NCBI GenBank assembly: GCA_022763365.1
Contig: JALEGN010000007.1
Span: 24,665-88,664 of the forward strand
DNA from: Minisyncoccota bacterium
GTDB taxonomy: Bacteria > Patescibacteriota > Minisyncoccia > Phycocordibacterales > UBA1006
Length of the DNA stretch: 64,000 nucleotides
Direction: 5' to 3'
The notes under the pieces are model-generated. The model did no database searches. It saw nothing but the letters and a program-made list of their open reading frames with translations, and was not told the origin of the DNA. Both the position numbers and the translations under genes were made by a program. Each line of letters opens with the position of its first letter. Position 1 is the first letter of the stretch. Of the stretch, positions 47,561 to 57,384 are shown in pieces.

Positions 47561-47827
47561 TTAATCTAGTAATTTACAAATTTGTGTAATATTTTTCTTA
47601 ATATCTGCTAATTGTTCTTTTGGATCAGTGTCCTTTTCATGAGATAACTCTTTTTCAAGGAGTATCCAGATAACTGATCGAAGGGCTGATTTTACCGCCT
47701 TCATCTGCGTTAATACCTTTGGCATGTCAGCATCTTGGTCAATGAGTTTTTCAATTCCTCGTATTTGACCTTCAGCACGACGAAGCCTATTTGATATCTT
47801 TTTTTTATCTTCTAAGCTTGTTTTCAT
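47561..47827 (-). CDS. CsoR/RcnR/FrmR-family (DUF156) transcriptional repressor lacking the canonical Cys/His metal ligands
   Basis: RLRRAEGQIRGIEKLIDQD...VLTQMKAVKSAL matches the CsoR helix-1/2 signature. The ligand positions read M, E, E instead of C, H, C. Confidence 0.6.
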   Translation of the reverse strand: MKTSLEDKKKISNRLRRAEGQIRGIEKLIDQDADMPKVLTQMKAVKSALRSVIWILLEKELSHEKDTDPKEQLADIKKNITQICKLLD

Positions 47828-47884
47828 ATACTTAACAAGTTTACTATTTTTATATAAAAAAACAAGTACCCTATAGGGGTACTG

Positions 47885-48418
47885 TTAACACACTAATGGT
47901 TTATTCATCTGTTTGAGCAAATAAAAAGTTGAAGTCCAGATGATGATAATTCCTAACACCAAGAACTCTTTTCCAAAAAACGGTAGTATTTGCAAAAAGC
48001 CCAATAATCCTAGACTAGTTAATAATGGCGCCAAGACAATAGCCCCACAAGAAATACAACCTACACCAAAAGTCGCTAATACGATTCCCCCAGTTGTCGC
48101 TAGAAATGAACCTTTGTTAAGAGCTTTTTTCTGCCGTTTAATATAGTAAATAAAAACCAAGACATTAATCATTATTGAAATACAGAGTAATAGTAGAAAT
48201 ACACTATCAAATACATACCATAGTGAATATTCTCCAAAGCTATAGTCATAAAGTATTTCGATTTTACGTGCGAAACTTACGCCTTTAAGTTGCCAAAAAT
48301 CTCGTACAATATGAATGTTAGGTAATAATTTAAAAATACTAAGTATTACACCTGATCCAATAATTATCGCAAAAATATTTTTTGGTTGCTTAATTATTGA
48401 AATAAATATTTTTTTCAT
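47885..48418 (-). CDS. polytopic membrane protein with an intramembrane CxxC (GCISCG), hypothetical
   Basis: About 4 TM helices. The start is set at the internal Met MKKIFISII to avoid overlap with the upstream DsbA-like gene. Confidence 0.4.
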   Translation of the reverse strand: MKKIFISIIKQPKNIFAIIIGSGVILSIFKLLPNIHIVRDFWQLKGVSFARKIEILYDYSFGEYSLWYVFDSVFLLLLCISIMINVLVFIYYIKRQKKALNKGSFLATTGGIVLATFGVGCISCGAIVLAPLLTSLGLLGFLQILPFFGKEFLVLGIIIIWTSTFYLLKQMNKPLVC

Positions 48419-48467
48419 ACTTGTACTATACCTCAAAACAAAAAAGACCTCTAAGGTCTTTTTTATG

Positions 48468-49265
48468 TTATTGCAATTCGTCGATTGCTGCTTGAATAGC
48501 TTCGATTGGATATGCTCCTGGTAGAAACCGTACTTCACCTGTTTCGTTATTTCGAATGATGTTTCCTGGAGTTCCTGTTACACCAGCTTCAGCTCCTGAT
48601 GCAATATCTTCTTGAACCTTATCAATATGACGACGTGAGTCATAACATGAATTAAATTCACTCATATTTAGGTCGATATCTTCTGCAATTCTTTGGATTT
48701 CTCCGGCTGGAATTTGTTTATTTGAATTCGTTCGTTCAAAGTATAAATCATGGTATTCCCAGAATTTACCTTGATCAGCTGCACACTCAGTCGCAAGAGC
48801 TGCATTCGTTGCCTCTGGATCGTGGAATCCTAGTGGGAAGTGTCGGAATACTGAATTTACCACTCCTGGATTTGCTGCGATAGCTTGTTTTGGAGTCTCT
48901 GCAAATCGTTTACAGAATGGACATTCGAAATCTGAATATTCGATAATTGAAATTAATGCATCACGTTCTCCTAGAATATGATCATCATCATTTGGAGGAA
49001 GAACTCCTTTTGCTTGTTCTTGGGCAAGACGTTCTTGTTCAGCTTGGGCTTCTAATTGGGCTTGTTGTTGCTGCGCTTCGTATTCAGCCAACTGTTCTGC
49101 AAAGCTCATTCCTGAAGCATTCCCCCCACCACTGTTTCCTAGGCGAATTCCAAGGAATACTAATGATCCAGCGATTAATATTGCTGCAGCAAGGATAACG
49201 ACAATAATTTTATTATCAGCTAACCATGATGCAGATGTTTGTGTATTTTTTGTTTCTTCTGACAT
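48468..49265 (-). CDS. membrane-anchored DsbA/BdbD-like thiol:disulfide oxidoreductase
   Basis: N-terminal TM, Q/E-rich linker, and a thioredoxin fold with active site FECPFCKRF. Confidence 0.7.
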   Translation of the reverse strand: MSEETKNTQTSASWLADNKIIVVILAAAILIAGSLVFLGIRLGNSGGGNASGMSFAEQLAEYEAQQQQAQLEAQAEQERLAQEQAKGVLPPNDDDHILGERDALISIIEYSDFECPFCKRFAETPKQAIAANPGVVNSVFRHFPLGFHDPEATNAALATECAADQGKFWEYHDLYFERTNSNKQIPAGEIQRIAEDIDLNMSEFNSCYDSRRHIDKVQEDIASGAEAGVTGTPGNIIRNNETGEVRFLPGAYPIEAIQAAIDELQ

Positions 49266-49335
49266 GTAATTAATAGTTATGAATAAAGTACATCAATGAG
49301 TATATCAAGATTGAGAATCTGGGTAAAGAAAACAC

Positions 49336-49677
49336 CTATGAGGTGAGTTTATCAGTGAGCCAATTAACGAAAGTTAATGCCAATGCTCCCCAAAGTGCTG
49401 TCATAAAATCAGCGACGGTGAATCCATCTATAACTGAGGCTACAAACCAGAATAACAGTACGTTTACAATCAATCCAAAGATTCCAAAGGTAAGCACATT
49501 TAAAGGTAGCGTAATAATTTTTAAAATTGGTTTAACAGCAAAATTAATAACAGCAAATAAGACGGCTGCAATAATTGCGGTACGTGGTTCATCAATGGTA
49601 ATACCTGAAATAAATTCTGGGAGTAAATAATATACCGATAATGAGAGAACAATAATTTGAATGATAAATTTTTTCAT
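49336..49677 (-). CDS. DUF360 / phage-holin-4-like small membrane protein
   Basis: 113-aa ORF with 4 TM helices in a family-typical arrangement. Confidence 0.45.
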   Translation of the reverse strand: MKKFIIQIIVLSLSVYYLLPEFISGITIDEPRTAIIAAVLFAVINFAVKPILKIITLPLNVLTFGIFGLIVNVLLFWFVASVIDGFTVADFMTALWGALALTFVNWLTDKLTS

Positions 49678-49730
49678 ATACTAAAATTCTCTCATGTTCA
49701 CATATGTTTTGCAAAATAAAAAACCTGGAA

Positions 49731-50180
49731 TTATCCAAGTAGTTCATCAACAACTTCTTTTACGTCGTTTCCATCAGCTTGTCCCTTTAACTCTCCCATT
49801 AAAGCTCCCATGACTTGTCCCTTGTTGGCACCATCGCCGAGTTCTGCAATTTTAGCTTCTGCTTTTACCTTGATATCTTCTTTTGACATCATTTCTGGAA
49901 GATAAGCTTCGATAATAGCTAATTCAGCCTTTTCGTCTTCGGCCAATTCTGGACGTCCTGCATCTTCAAATTGTTTGATAGCGTCTTTTCGTTTTTTAGA
50001 TTCTTTCGTTAATACATCCATTGCCATATCATCTGATACTGGGGTATCAGGTGCTTTTCCCTCAGCTACAACGGCATTCGTCATCGCTGACATAAGCCCT
50101 CGATAGGTAGTAACCGCAGCCATATTTCGTTCTTTCATAGCTGCTTTCATATTTTCTTTCATTTGTTCTTGTAGTGTCAT
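49731..50180 (-). CDS. GatB/YqeY domain protein
   Basis: 149-aa ORF with the YqeY pattern (MKENMKAAMKERN...ELAIIEAYLP...GALMGELKG). Confidence 0.8.
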   Translation of the reverse strand: MTLQEQMKENMKAAMKERNMAAVTTYRGLMSAMTNAVVAEGKAPDTPVSDDMAMDVLTKESKKRKDAIKQFEDAGRPELAEDEKAELAIIEAYLPEMMSKEDIKVKAEAKIAELGDGANKGQVMGALMGELKGQADGNDVKEVVDELLG

Positions 50181-50237
50181 ATAAAATTAGTATAGATGAA
50201 ATAGTTTCATATTCAAGCTTTTTGGTATACTGAAACT

Positions 50238-50957
50238 ATGAAGCATACACTTATTTTTATTGATACTGAAACAACTGGTGCAGGATACGATGACCGTTTG
50301 ATCCAGGTTGGCTATCGAACAACTGACGGGACTGATGTTAATGAACTTTATAGCCCAGGAAGAAAAATTGAGATTGGAGCAATGGCGGTTCATCATATCA
50401 CCGAGAAAATGATTACAGATAAGCCAGCATTTAAAGATAGCCCTGTATATAAAGAATTAGAAGAACGATTTGAAAAAAATCATGTCTTTATAGCCCATAA
50501 TGCACCTTTTGATGTATCGATGATCGAACGAGAAGGATTAAAGGTAGGTCCGGTTATTGATACCTTAAAAATTGCTCGGGTTCTTGATCCAAATGGAAAA
50601 ATTGAATCCTATGCCTTACAATACCTGCGCTATTTATTAGGTATTGAAGTTGAAGCTATTGCTCATGATGCCTGGGGTGACATCTTGGTTTTAGAGCAAT
50701 TATTTTATCGCCTCTTAAAAAAAGTCGTTGAAGAAACGGGTATGAATCAAGATGACGCCGTGACATGGATGATTGAAGAATCAAAAAAACCAATCCTCTA
50801 CCGAACGATGCGCTTTGGTAAATATAAAGATAAGCATATAGCTGATATTGCTAACGATGACCCTGGGTATTTACGCTGGCTCCTTGGACAGAAGGAACAA
50901 GAAGAAGTACCTGATGAAAATTGGTTATATACCCTTAAACACTATTTAAATATTTAA
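50238..50957 (+). CDS. DEDDh 3'-5' exonuclease (DnaQ/exonuclease X-like) with an ExoX-type C-terminal domain
   Basis: Exo I FIDTETTG, Exo II FIAHNAPFDVSM, Exo III HDAWGD. The C-terminus has YRTMRFGKYKDKHIADIANDDPGYLRWLL. Confidence 0.75.
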   Translation: MKHTLIFIDTETTGAGYDDRLIQVGYRTTDGTDVNELYSPGRKIEIGAMAVHHITEKMITDKPAFKDSPVYKELEERFEKNHVFIAHNAPFDVSMIEREGLKVGPVIDTLKIARVLDPNGKIESYALQYLRYLLGIEVEAIAHDAWGDILVLEQLFYRLLKKVVEETGMNQDDAVTWMIEESKKPILYRTMRFGKYKDKHIADIANDDPGYLRWLLGQKEQEEVPDENWLYTLKHYLNI

Positions 50958-51013
50958 AAAGATCTATTGATAGGTCTTTTTTTACTGATGAGGTCACATG
51001 TTATAATTCACCT

Positions 51014-52099
51014 ATGTTAAATATTATTTTATTGATTATCGGGATTCTTATTGTTGGGCTCTTGATATATCTCATTCTTGAAACTAAAAAAAATAAACAA
51101 CCTCAAGAAGATTCAAATGCTATGCAGATGCTGATGCAGCAAATGAATGATCTGAGAGCAAATATGGACAAGAAGATTTCTGGATCCCATAAAGACATGA
51201 ATGAAGCTGTCAGAACACAGTTTTCTGAATCTCAGCGTTTAATTCAACGCATCAATAAGCAAATGTCTGATAATTTATTGCACGTTGCCAAAGAAATTAC
51301 TGAAACTAAAGAAATGAACAAACAAGTCTTTAACCTTGCAGATTCGTTGGCCGATTTAGAAAAAGTTCTCAAAAACCAAAAAACACGTGGGAATTTGGGT
51401 GAAATGGGACTTGAACTGATTCTTTCAAATATTCTCTCACCTATGAATTATCAAATGCAATACTTGTTTAAGGATGGAAAACAAGTAGATGCCATTATCA
51501 GAACTGAAGCTGATAAATTCATTCCCGTTGACGCAAAATTTTCATTAGATAATTATCGAAGGTTGGTTGATGAAACTGATGAAGATAAAAAGTCAGAACT
51601 AGAAAAAGCCTTTAAGGCAGACCTCAAGAAACGTATTGATGAAACAGCACAATATATTAGAACCGATGAAGGTACGCTTCCCTTTGCATTCATGTTTATT
51701 CCGGCAGAAGGAATCTATTATGATTTATTGGTGAATGAGGTAGGAGCTGTTAAAGCAAACACCCGTAACCTCATTGATTACGCCTATAAAGACAAAAAGG
51801 TGATTATTGTTTCTCCGACAACGTTCTCGGCATATCTACAATCTGTTCTCTATGGATTTAAAGCTTTCCAGATTGAGAAATCAGCTGTTGAAATTCAAAA
51901 AAATGTTCAAAAATTAGGACGACATTTATCAGCCTATCACGAAGCCTTTGAGAAAATTGGAAATACCTTAGGGACAACCGTAAATCATTACAATAAAGCC
52001 TCAAGTGAGCTAAAGAAAGTTGATAAGGATATTACGAAAATAACCGGTGAATCACCTGAACTTGAGACATTGCAATTAGATAAACCTCAAAAAGATTAA
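51014..52099 (+). CDS. rmuC: DNA recombination protein RmuC
   Basis: N-terminal TM, a long coiled coil, and the RmuC core (QKTRGNLGEMGLELILSNIL...). Confidence 0.7.
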   Translation: MLNIILLIIGILIVGLLIYLILETKKNKQPQEDSNAMQMLMQQMNDLRANMDKKISGSHKDMNEAVRTQFSESQRLIQRINKQMSDNLLHVAKEITETKEMNKQVFNLADSLADLEKVLKNQKTRGNLGEMGLELILSNILSPMNYQMQYLFKDGKQVDAIIRTEADKFIPVDAKFSLDNYRRLVDETDEDKKSELEKAFKADLKKRIDETAQYIRTDEGTLPFAFMFIPAEGIYYDLLVNEVGAVKANTRNLIDYAYKDKKVIIVSPTTFSAYLQSVLYGFKAFQIEKSAVEIQKNVQKLGRHLSAYHEAFEKIGNTLGTTVNHYNKASSELKKVDKDITKITGESPELETLQLDKPQKD

Positions 52100-52170
52100 G
52101 CACTCTATTTAGAGTGTTTTTGACTATATATAATAGTATGTTATAGTGATTTCTAAATAATTAATAGTTT

Positions 52171-52467
52171 ATGTCAGAAAATTCTATACTTAGTATTTAC
52201 ATTATTTCATTTATCTTATTAGCTTCACCACTAATCATGGTGACCATAAGAAGTTATCAGAGAAAAAAGAAAAGAAAAAGATTTGAGCAAGCTCCTCCTT
52301 TTCTCAGCCTCAAAGAAGGAAATTTTATTTTTGAAGGTATTGAACATGATGATAGAGGAGATAATCCTCGTGTAAGTATTTCTTACCCAGAGAAACCTGA
52401 TAAAAAATTTCTCTTCAGGCTACCGCAAGACCCTGAGATACGAAAAAAAATGAATATCACAAAATAA
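52171..52467 (+). CDS. hypothetical protein with an N-terminal TM
   Basis: 98-aa ORF with one TM and a KRKR stretch. Confidence 0.3.
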   Translation: MSENSILSIYIISFILLASPLIMVTIRSYQRKKKRKRFEQAPPFLSLKEGNFIFEGIEHDDRGDNPRVSISYPEKPDKKFLFRLPQDPEIRKKMNITK

Positions 52468-52489
52468 ACCACTCGCTAGAGTGGCTTTT

Positions 52490-54007
52490 TTATTTGAGTA
52501 TTTCAAAAATTTGTTCAAGATAATTTCGTTTATTAGAGAGTTTTGGAATTTTATGTTGCCCACCTAATTTCCCTCGCTGCTCCATCCAATTAATAAAGGT
52601 TCCTTCAGGCACTGAATGAAGTTTTAATAACTGAAGCGCAATGTCATCTTGTCGTTTAGCTTTATAGTCAGAATTAAGATCTTGTAAGGTAGTATCTAAA
52701 TCTTGAATAAAACCATTTAGGTCTTCTGGTTCTTCTTCAAATTCAATAATCCATTCATGACCACCCTTCCCTTCGGTATTCATGAAAACTGGGCCAGCAG
52801 TATAATGTTTAATGACAACATTGTGCTGTTCACTAACTACCTGTATTGCTTCATCAGTATTCCCTACCATAAGCTCTTCCCCAAAAACATTAATAAAATG
52901 TTTTGTTCTTCCAGAGATTTTTATTCGGTAAGGATCTTTTGATGTAAAACAAACCGTATCTCCAAGGTCATATCGCCATAATCCAGCATTAGTGGTAATA
53001 ATTATAGCGTAGTCTTTTCCTAATTCCACTTCAGCCAAGGTACAAATATTTTGAGTATCATGACCATAAGTATCCATATCAATAAATTCATAAAAAACAC
53101 CGTGGTCAGTCAGGAGCAACATCTCACCTAGTTTTTTTGAATTGTCCTGAATAGCAAAAAATCCTTCAGAAGCATTATAAACCTCCATATATTTCATATC
53201 ATCAAAGGGTAATAAGTCATTGAATATTTTCCGGTAAGGTCCAAAAGCTACTGCACCATGAATAAACAACTCAAGGTTTGGCCAGATATCACGAAGCGTA
53301 GTAAAAGGTTTTTCCTTTTTTATTTCCTCAAACAATGAAACAAACCAGGTTGGTACCCCTGAAAGATGAGTAATATTTTTTTCAAGAGTGTCATTAATAA
53401 TAGCTGGTATTTTATCTTTCCATTCTGATAACAAAGCGACATCTAAACGTGGTTCTCGATAATTTTCAGCCCATTTTGGAGCCTCAGACATTAAAATAGC
53501 CGACACATCACCAACCTTCATACCGTGGTCATTTACTTCAAAACTACCCCCTAAAGAAAGCATAGATCCCTTATTATCGAATAAATCACTATCAGGATAG
53601 TTACCAAAGTATATCGTATATAAATCACGTCCCGCCATATAATTATTTTTATAGAGAGAATCATGTGAGACAGGTAAATATTTACTGACGTCATTAGTCG
53701 TACCAGATGATTTTGAAAAATGATGCATCAACCCTGGCCACAAAATATCCTGCTGACCTTTTAGCATTTTTGAAATATAAGGTTCTATGTCTTCATAACG
53801 TACGAGTGGGACATTTTTCTGAAATTGTTCATAGGTCATGATGTTTTCAAAATCATAATATTTCCCATATTCAGTACCCTTTGCTTTGAATAATAAATCA
53901 TGAAGAATAAATTCTTGTGATACCAGCTGATTTTTCTTAAAAGATTCGACTTTATATTTTCTCATTCGGAAATATGTCTTCATTGAGGTTTCAATGATGT
54001 TTTTCAT
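52490..54007 (-). CDS. GH3 (auxin-responsive promoter) family acyl-adenylate-forming enzyme
   Basis: N-terminal GH3 pattern (FKKNQLVSQEFILHDLLFKAKGTEYGKYYDFENIMTYEQFQKNVPLVRYEDIEPYISKM...SSGTT) and the ~500-aa length typical of bacterial GH3 proteins. Confidence 0.7.
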   Translation of the reverse strand: MKNIIETSMKTYFRMRKYKVESFKKNQLVSQEFILHDLLFKAKGTEYGKYYDFENIMTYEQFQKNVPLVRYEDIEPYISKMLKGQQDILWPGLMHHFSKSSGTTNDVSKYLPVSHDSLYKNNYMAGRDLYTIYFGNYPDSDLFDNKGSMLSLGGSFEVNDHGMKVGDVSAILMSEAPKWAENYREPRLDVALLSEWKDKIPAIINDTLEKNITHLSGVPTWFVSLFEEIKKEKPFTTLRDIWPNLELFIHGAVAFGPYRKIFNDLLPFDDMKYMEVYNASEGFFAIQDNSKKLGEMLLLTDHGVFYEFIDMDTYGHDTQNICTLAEVELGKDYAIIITTNAGLWRYDLGDTVCFTSKDPYRIKISGRTKHFINVFGEELMVGNTDEAIQVVSEQHNVVIKHYTAGPVFMNTEGKGGHEWIIEFEEEPEDLNGFIQDLDTTLQDLNSDYKAKRQDDIALQLLKLHSVPEGTFINWMEQRGKLGGQHKIPKLSNKRNYLEQIFEILK

Positions 54008-54098
54008 ATCTTGATAGTACCATAACTTTTTAAGGCTTAAGATACTTGCTTTTTTATTAAAAAATGTAAAAATTAAAATAAGACATAAATATTAAATT

Positions 54099-54650
54099 AT
54101 GAAAAAGTTAATAATTCTCATTATTTTATCCCCTTTTAGTATTATCTGGGCACAAAATGATGGTTCGCATGTTCTACGTTTACAGCGTACAACTACTACC
54201 TACGAAATAGAAAATCCAAGGCAAAGTGGTTCGTATTATACTTATAATCAACCTATTCAAAGGAGAAATGATTACAATGTAGAGCGAAATGCATACCAGA
54301 GGGGATTTACTGATGCACGACATGATAATTATTTACGTGAAGCAAATAGGACGGCTAATCGAGTCGCTCTACTCAGCTTTGGGTCCGCCCTATTACAATC
54401 ACGCTGGCGTGATGGAAGATTTATTAATCCTGTAATTTGGCAACCATCTCGAGTACGGTATCGACCTCAGGATTTCTTCTATTATCCGACCTACCATGAG
54501 CCTACTGGTTCATTCCTCAATCAATTTGATCGAGCAAGGTACTTGAATAACTGGAATGGAGGATATCCTATTTACAGACGTCCTGGCCGTCAATTTCTTG
54601 GTAATAATGGTTTTCTTATTGGAAACCCACCTTTAAATTGGGGATTCTAA
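54099..54650 (+). CDS. hypothetical secreted R/Y/N-rich protein
   Basis: Signal peptide MKKLIILIILSPFSIIWAQ. A terminator follows at about 54668-54698. Confidence 0.35.
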   Translation: MKKLIILIILSPFSIIWAQNDGSHVLRLQRTTTTYEIENPRQSGSYYTYNQPIQRRNDYNVERNAYQRGFTDARHDNYLREANRTANRVALLSFGSALLQSRWRDGRFINPVIWQPSRVRYRPQDFFYYPTYHEPTGSFLNQFDRARYLNNWNGGYPIYRRPGRQFLGNNGFLIGNPPLNWGF

Positions 54651-54742
54651 AAAATAATACACTCTCACATTAGTGAGAGTTTTTTATTTCATCCAAAGTA
54701 TTCATATTTTTTCACTAAAAAGACCTAAAACTAATATTAGAA

Positions 54743-55282
54743 TTAGGTCTGATAAAAAATTTGAATAATGAGAATTTCTTTCAGTTCATCATTATATGAG
54801 ACGATAACTGTTGTGTAGTCATAGTCTCTCTCTAAAATATTGTGTTTGTGGGTCTCTGATTGCATCCACAATTCTACAGGATTTAAAGTAGAGTTGTACG
54901 GAATCGTTATTGTGTTTTCTGCAATCTTCCGCAGTGGTTTCATCATTTCATTACATGATCTAAATTCAGAAACATCATCTGAAAAATTATCGTGATTATA
55001 GTATGCTGACATACCGTGATCAATAATATGATTTTCCAAAGCTTTTATCCGATTGGTTCTGAAGCCTTCAAGGCAAACTGAATTATTTTCGAAACTACGT
55101 AAAGGCTCTACACCTCGCGCAATTCTCTCCTGATTGATTGCACTAAAAACAGTGAGTTCAGATATTTTTGGCTCAGAGTTTATCTCAGTAAGAGCGATAC
55201 CAATATTCGATGCATAAAATACATCACTTGAAATCAATAAAATCGCAAGACCTAGCACAACACATGTAAGTAGCTTTTTCAT
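54743..55282 (-). CDS. secreted CAP (SCP/PR-1-like) domain protein
   Basis: Signal peptide, then INQERIARGVEPL ... ELWMQSETHKHNIL, which resembles the CAP motifs. Confidence 0.5.
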   Translation of the reverse strand: MKKLLTCVVLGLAILLISSDVFYASNIGIALTEINSEPKISELTVFSAINQERIARGVEPLRSFENNSVCLEGFRTNRIKALENHIIDHGMSAYYNHDNFSDDVSEFRSCNEMMKPLRKIAENTITIPYNSTLNPVELWMQSETHKHNILERDYDYTTVIVSYNDELKEILIIQIFYQT

Positions 55283-55340
55283 AATAAAAGATTAATTTAA
55301 ATTAATAATAACATTTAAAAATAAAAAAGCAATTACTGCC

Positions 55341-57062
55341 TTATCTATCTGGAGCGACCTTATAATAATTAATAAGATATTTTGTAACATCAACAAATGG
55401 ATCGATAAGAGTTTGTGATGCATATTTCACCCCTTTTGGATGCACCGTGTACATAAGAATAATAAATTCTGGGTCATAAGCTGGGAAGTATCCCACGAAT
55501 GAGTGAAGATTTCTATCATCATAGTAACCACCTTGAGGATTAGGTATTTGAGCTGTTCCTGTTTTTGCAGCCACACTATAGTTATCTAGCTTTACCGTTC
55601 CATTACGATAAGCATCAAAAGCATTTACGAGCATACGAGAAACTTCTCCTGCTGAATCTTCTGATAAAGCTATTTGTTGTTCTACTTCATAATCAAAGGT
55701 TTTTGAAAATCCATTAGTATATTCAATTTTTTTAACAAGATGTGGTTGTACGGTTTTACCACGGTTAGCCAATGTTCCTAATGCTTGAATCATTGAAATA
55801 GGAGTTACTGCAATACCTTGTCCAAATGACATGTTTGCAAATTCGATATCGCGATTGCTTTTTAGGTTATTGGTTAGATTCGTTCCTTCGTTTGGAAGAT
55901 CAATATTCGTTTGACTCGTAAATCCAAATTTTTCAAAATACTCTCTAAAGTCTGGTTTTGGAATTTGTTCTGCAATATGCACCATTCCTGTGTTGAGTGA
56001 TTGATTAAGGATTTCTTGAACTGATACCCAGCCACGTCCGCGTCCATCAAAGTTGCTAATGGTATGTGGTCCAACCTCAACTGATCCGCTGTCATAATAC
56101 TCTAGTTCTTTGTGGTCAATATTTTCATTATCAATGGCAATTCCTACAATTAAAGGCTTTACAATTGAGCCAAATTCGTGAACGTTTTCCACCAGTGGAT
56201 TTTTAAAATACTCTGTTTTAGCATCACGGAAATTATTGTTATCAAAATTTGGAAATGCTCCCATTGCATAAATCTCTCCATTTTTTGGATTCATAATAAT
56301 CCCAGCAACTGATTCAGAATTCCATGTACTTTGAATACCTTTAAGTTGATTTTCAAAATAGAGCTGAACTTGAGGGTCAATAGTTGTCACAATGTCCCCT
56401 TCAGGAACCTTTTCAGGATCTACAAAATTTTGAACATTATGAAATATACGAGCAAAGAAATTAGTATATACATCAACATCTTCTCGTTTCAACGTTGATT
56501 CGTATTGACGTTCAAGACCATAGCGTCCTGCTAATTCATCACCTTGATATCCTAAAAACCCTAATGCATGCGCAGCAGAACCTTTTAGAGGATATACACG
56601 CCATTTCTCAGCGTGTAATGATATTGCCGAACCAAGAGCTTCTTTTAAAATGATACCGTCTTCTTTAGATACATTATTTGCAATTTCGAAATAGGTTCTA
56701 TTACTACGACTGAGTCCATCTCTAAAACGTTCATCATCAAACTCAATAACATCTGAAATAGTTTGAGATACTTCGTCAGCATCAGCATTAAAATTCGAAG
56801 GATTGATTGAAATCTTATATCCTGTTCGTTGTCCTGCAGCACTGATTTTTGTTCCATCTTGTTGCTCGAAATAAATAGATCCTCGTTCAAAAGAATTATA
56901 CGTTGCTACAACATATTGTCCGTCAGCTTGAGCACGAAAACGATGACCATTTGAAATTTGTATGTAAAAAAGATTCGCAATCAATACGAATCCAATACTC
57001 GCCACGAAAGCAAAAATGCAGCGTAAACGAAATAGAAATTGTTTTTCATTTCGCTTTTTCAT
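55341..57062 (-). CDS. ftsI: class B penicillin-binding protein (FtsI/PBP3-type, dcw cluster)
   Basis: SxxK (GSIVKP), SxN (SNF) and KTG (AKTGTA) motifs. It is downstream of mraZ-rsmH-ftsL. Confidence 0.8.
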   Translation of the reverse strand: MKKRNEKQFLFRLRCIFAFVASIGFVLIANLFYIQISNGHRFRAQADGQYVVATYNSFERGSIYFEQQDGTKISAAGQRTGYKISINPSNFNADADEVSQTISDVIEFDDERFRDGLSRSNRTYFEIANNVSKEDGIILKEALGSAISLHAEKWRVYPLKGSAAHALGFLGYQGDELAGRYGLERQYESTLKREDVDVYTNFFARIFHNVQNFVDPEKVPEGDIVTTIDPQVQLYFENQLKGIQSTWNSESVAGIIMNPKNGEIYAMGAFPNFDNNNFRDAKTEYFKNPLVENVHEFGSIVKPLIVGIAIDNENIDHKELEYYDSGSVEVGPHTISNFDGRGRGWVSVQEILNQSLNTGMVHIAEQIPKPDFREYFEKFGFTSQTNIDLPNEGTNLTNNLKSNRDIEFANMSFGQGIAVTPISMIQALGTLANRGKTVQPHLVKKIEYTNGFSKTFDYEVEQQIALSEDSAGEVSRMLVNAFDAYRNGTVKLDNYSVAAKTGTAQIPNPQGGYYDDRNLHSFVGYFPAYDPEFIILMYTVHPKGVKYASQTLIDPFVDVTKYLINYYKVAPDR

Positions 57063-57066
57063 AGTC

Positions 57067-57384
57067 TTAACGATTATATGCTACCTTAGTTTCTTGTTCA
57101 AGATGAGCGTATAAGACTTTTTTATCTTCTACCATTCCTAGTACCCCAGCTTCTTCTAATGATAATGCATTAATACGTTCGAAGTATTCAATTTCTAATT
57201 CGGCAATTTCTGTTTGTAATTCGGCAATTGAATGGTTGTGTGTTTTTGCATCTGCAACGCTGATGGTTGTACTTGCAATTCCAAAACCATACATTAAAAA
57301 TGAACAGCAAATACCACCTACAAGAGCAAGAAAGATTTTCTTGCGATTGTTTTCTTTGTTCATTTGTAATGCTGCTTGTTTCAT
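57067..57384 (-). CDS. cell-division protein FtsL-like (bitopic coiled-coil)
   Basis: 105-aa ORF with a single TM (IFLALVGGICCSFLMYGFGI) and a periplasmic heptad region, positioned between rsmH and ftsI. Confidence 0.5.
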   Translation of the reverse strand: MKQAALQMNKENNRKKIFLALVGGICCSFLMYGFGIASTTISVADAKTHNHSIAELQTEIAELEIEYFERINALSLEEAGVLGMVEDKKVLYAHLEQETKVAYNR

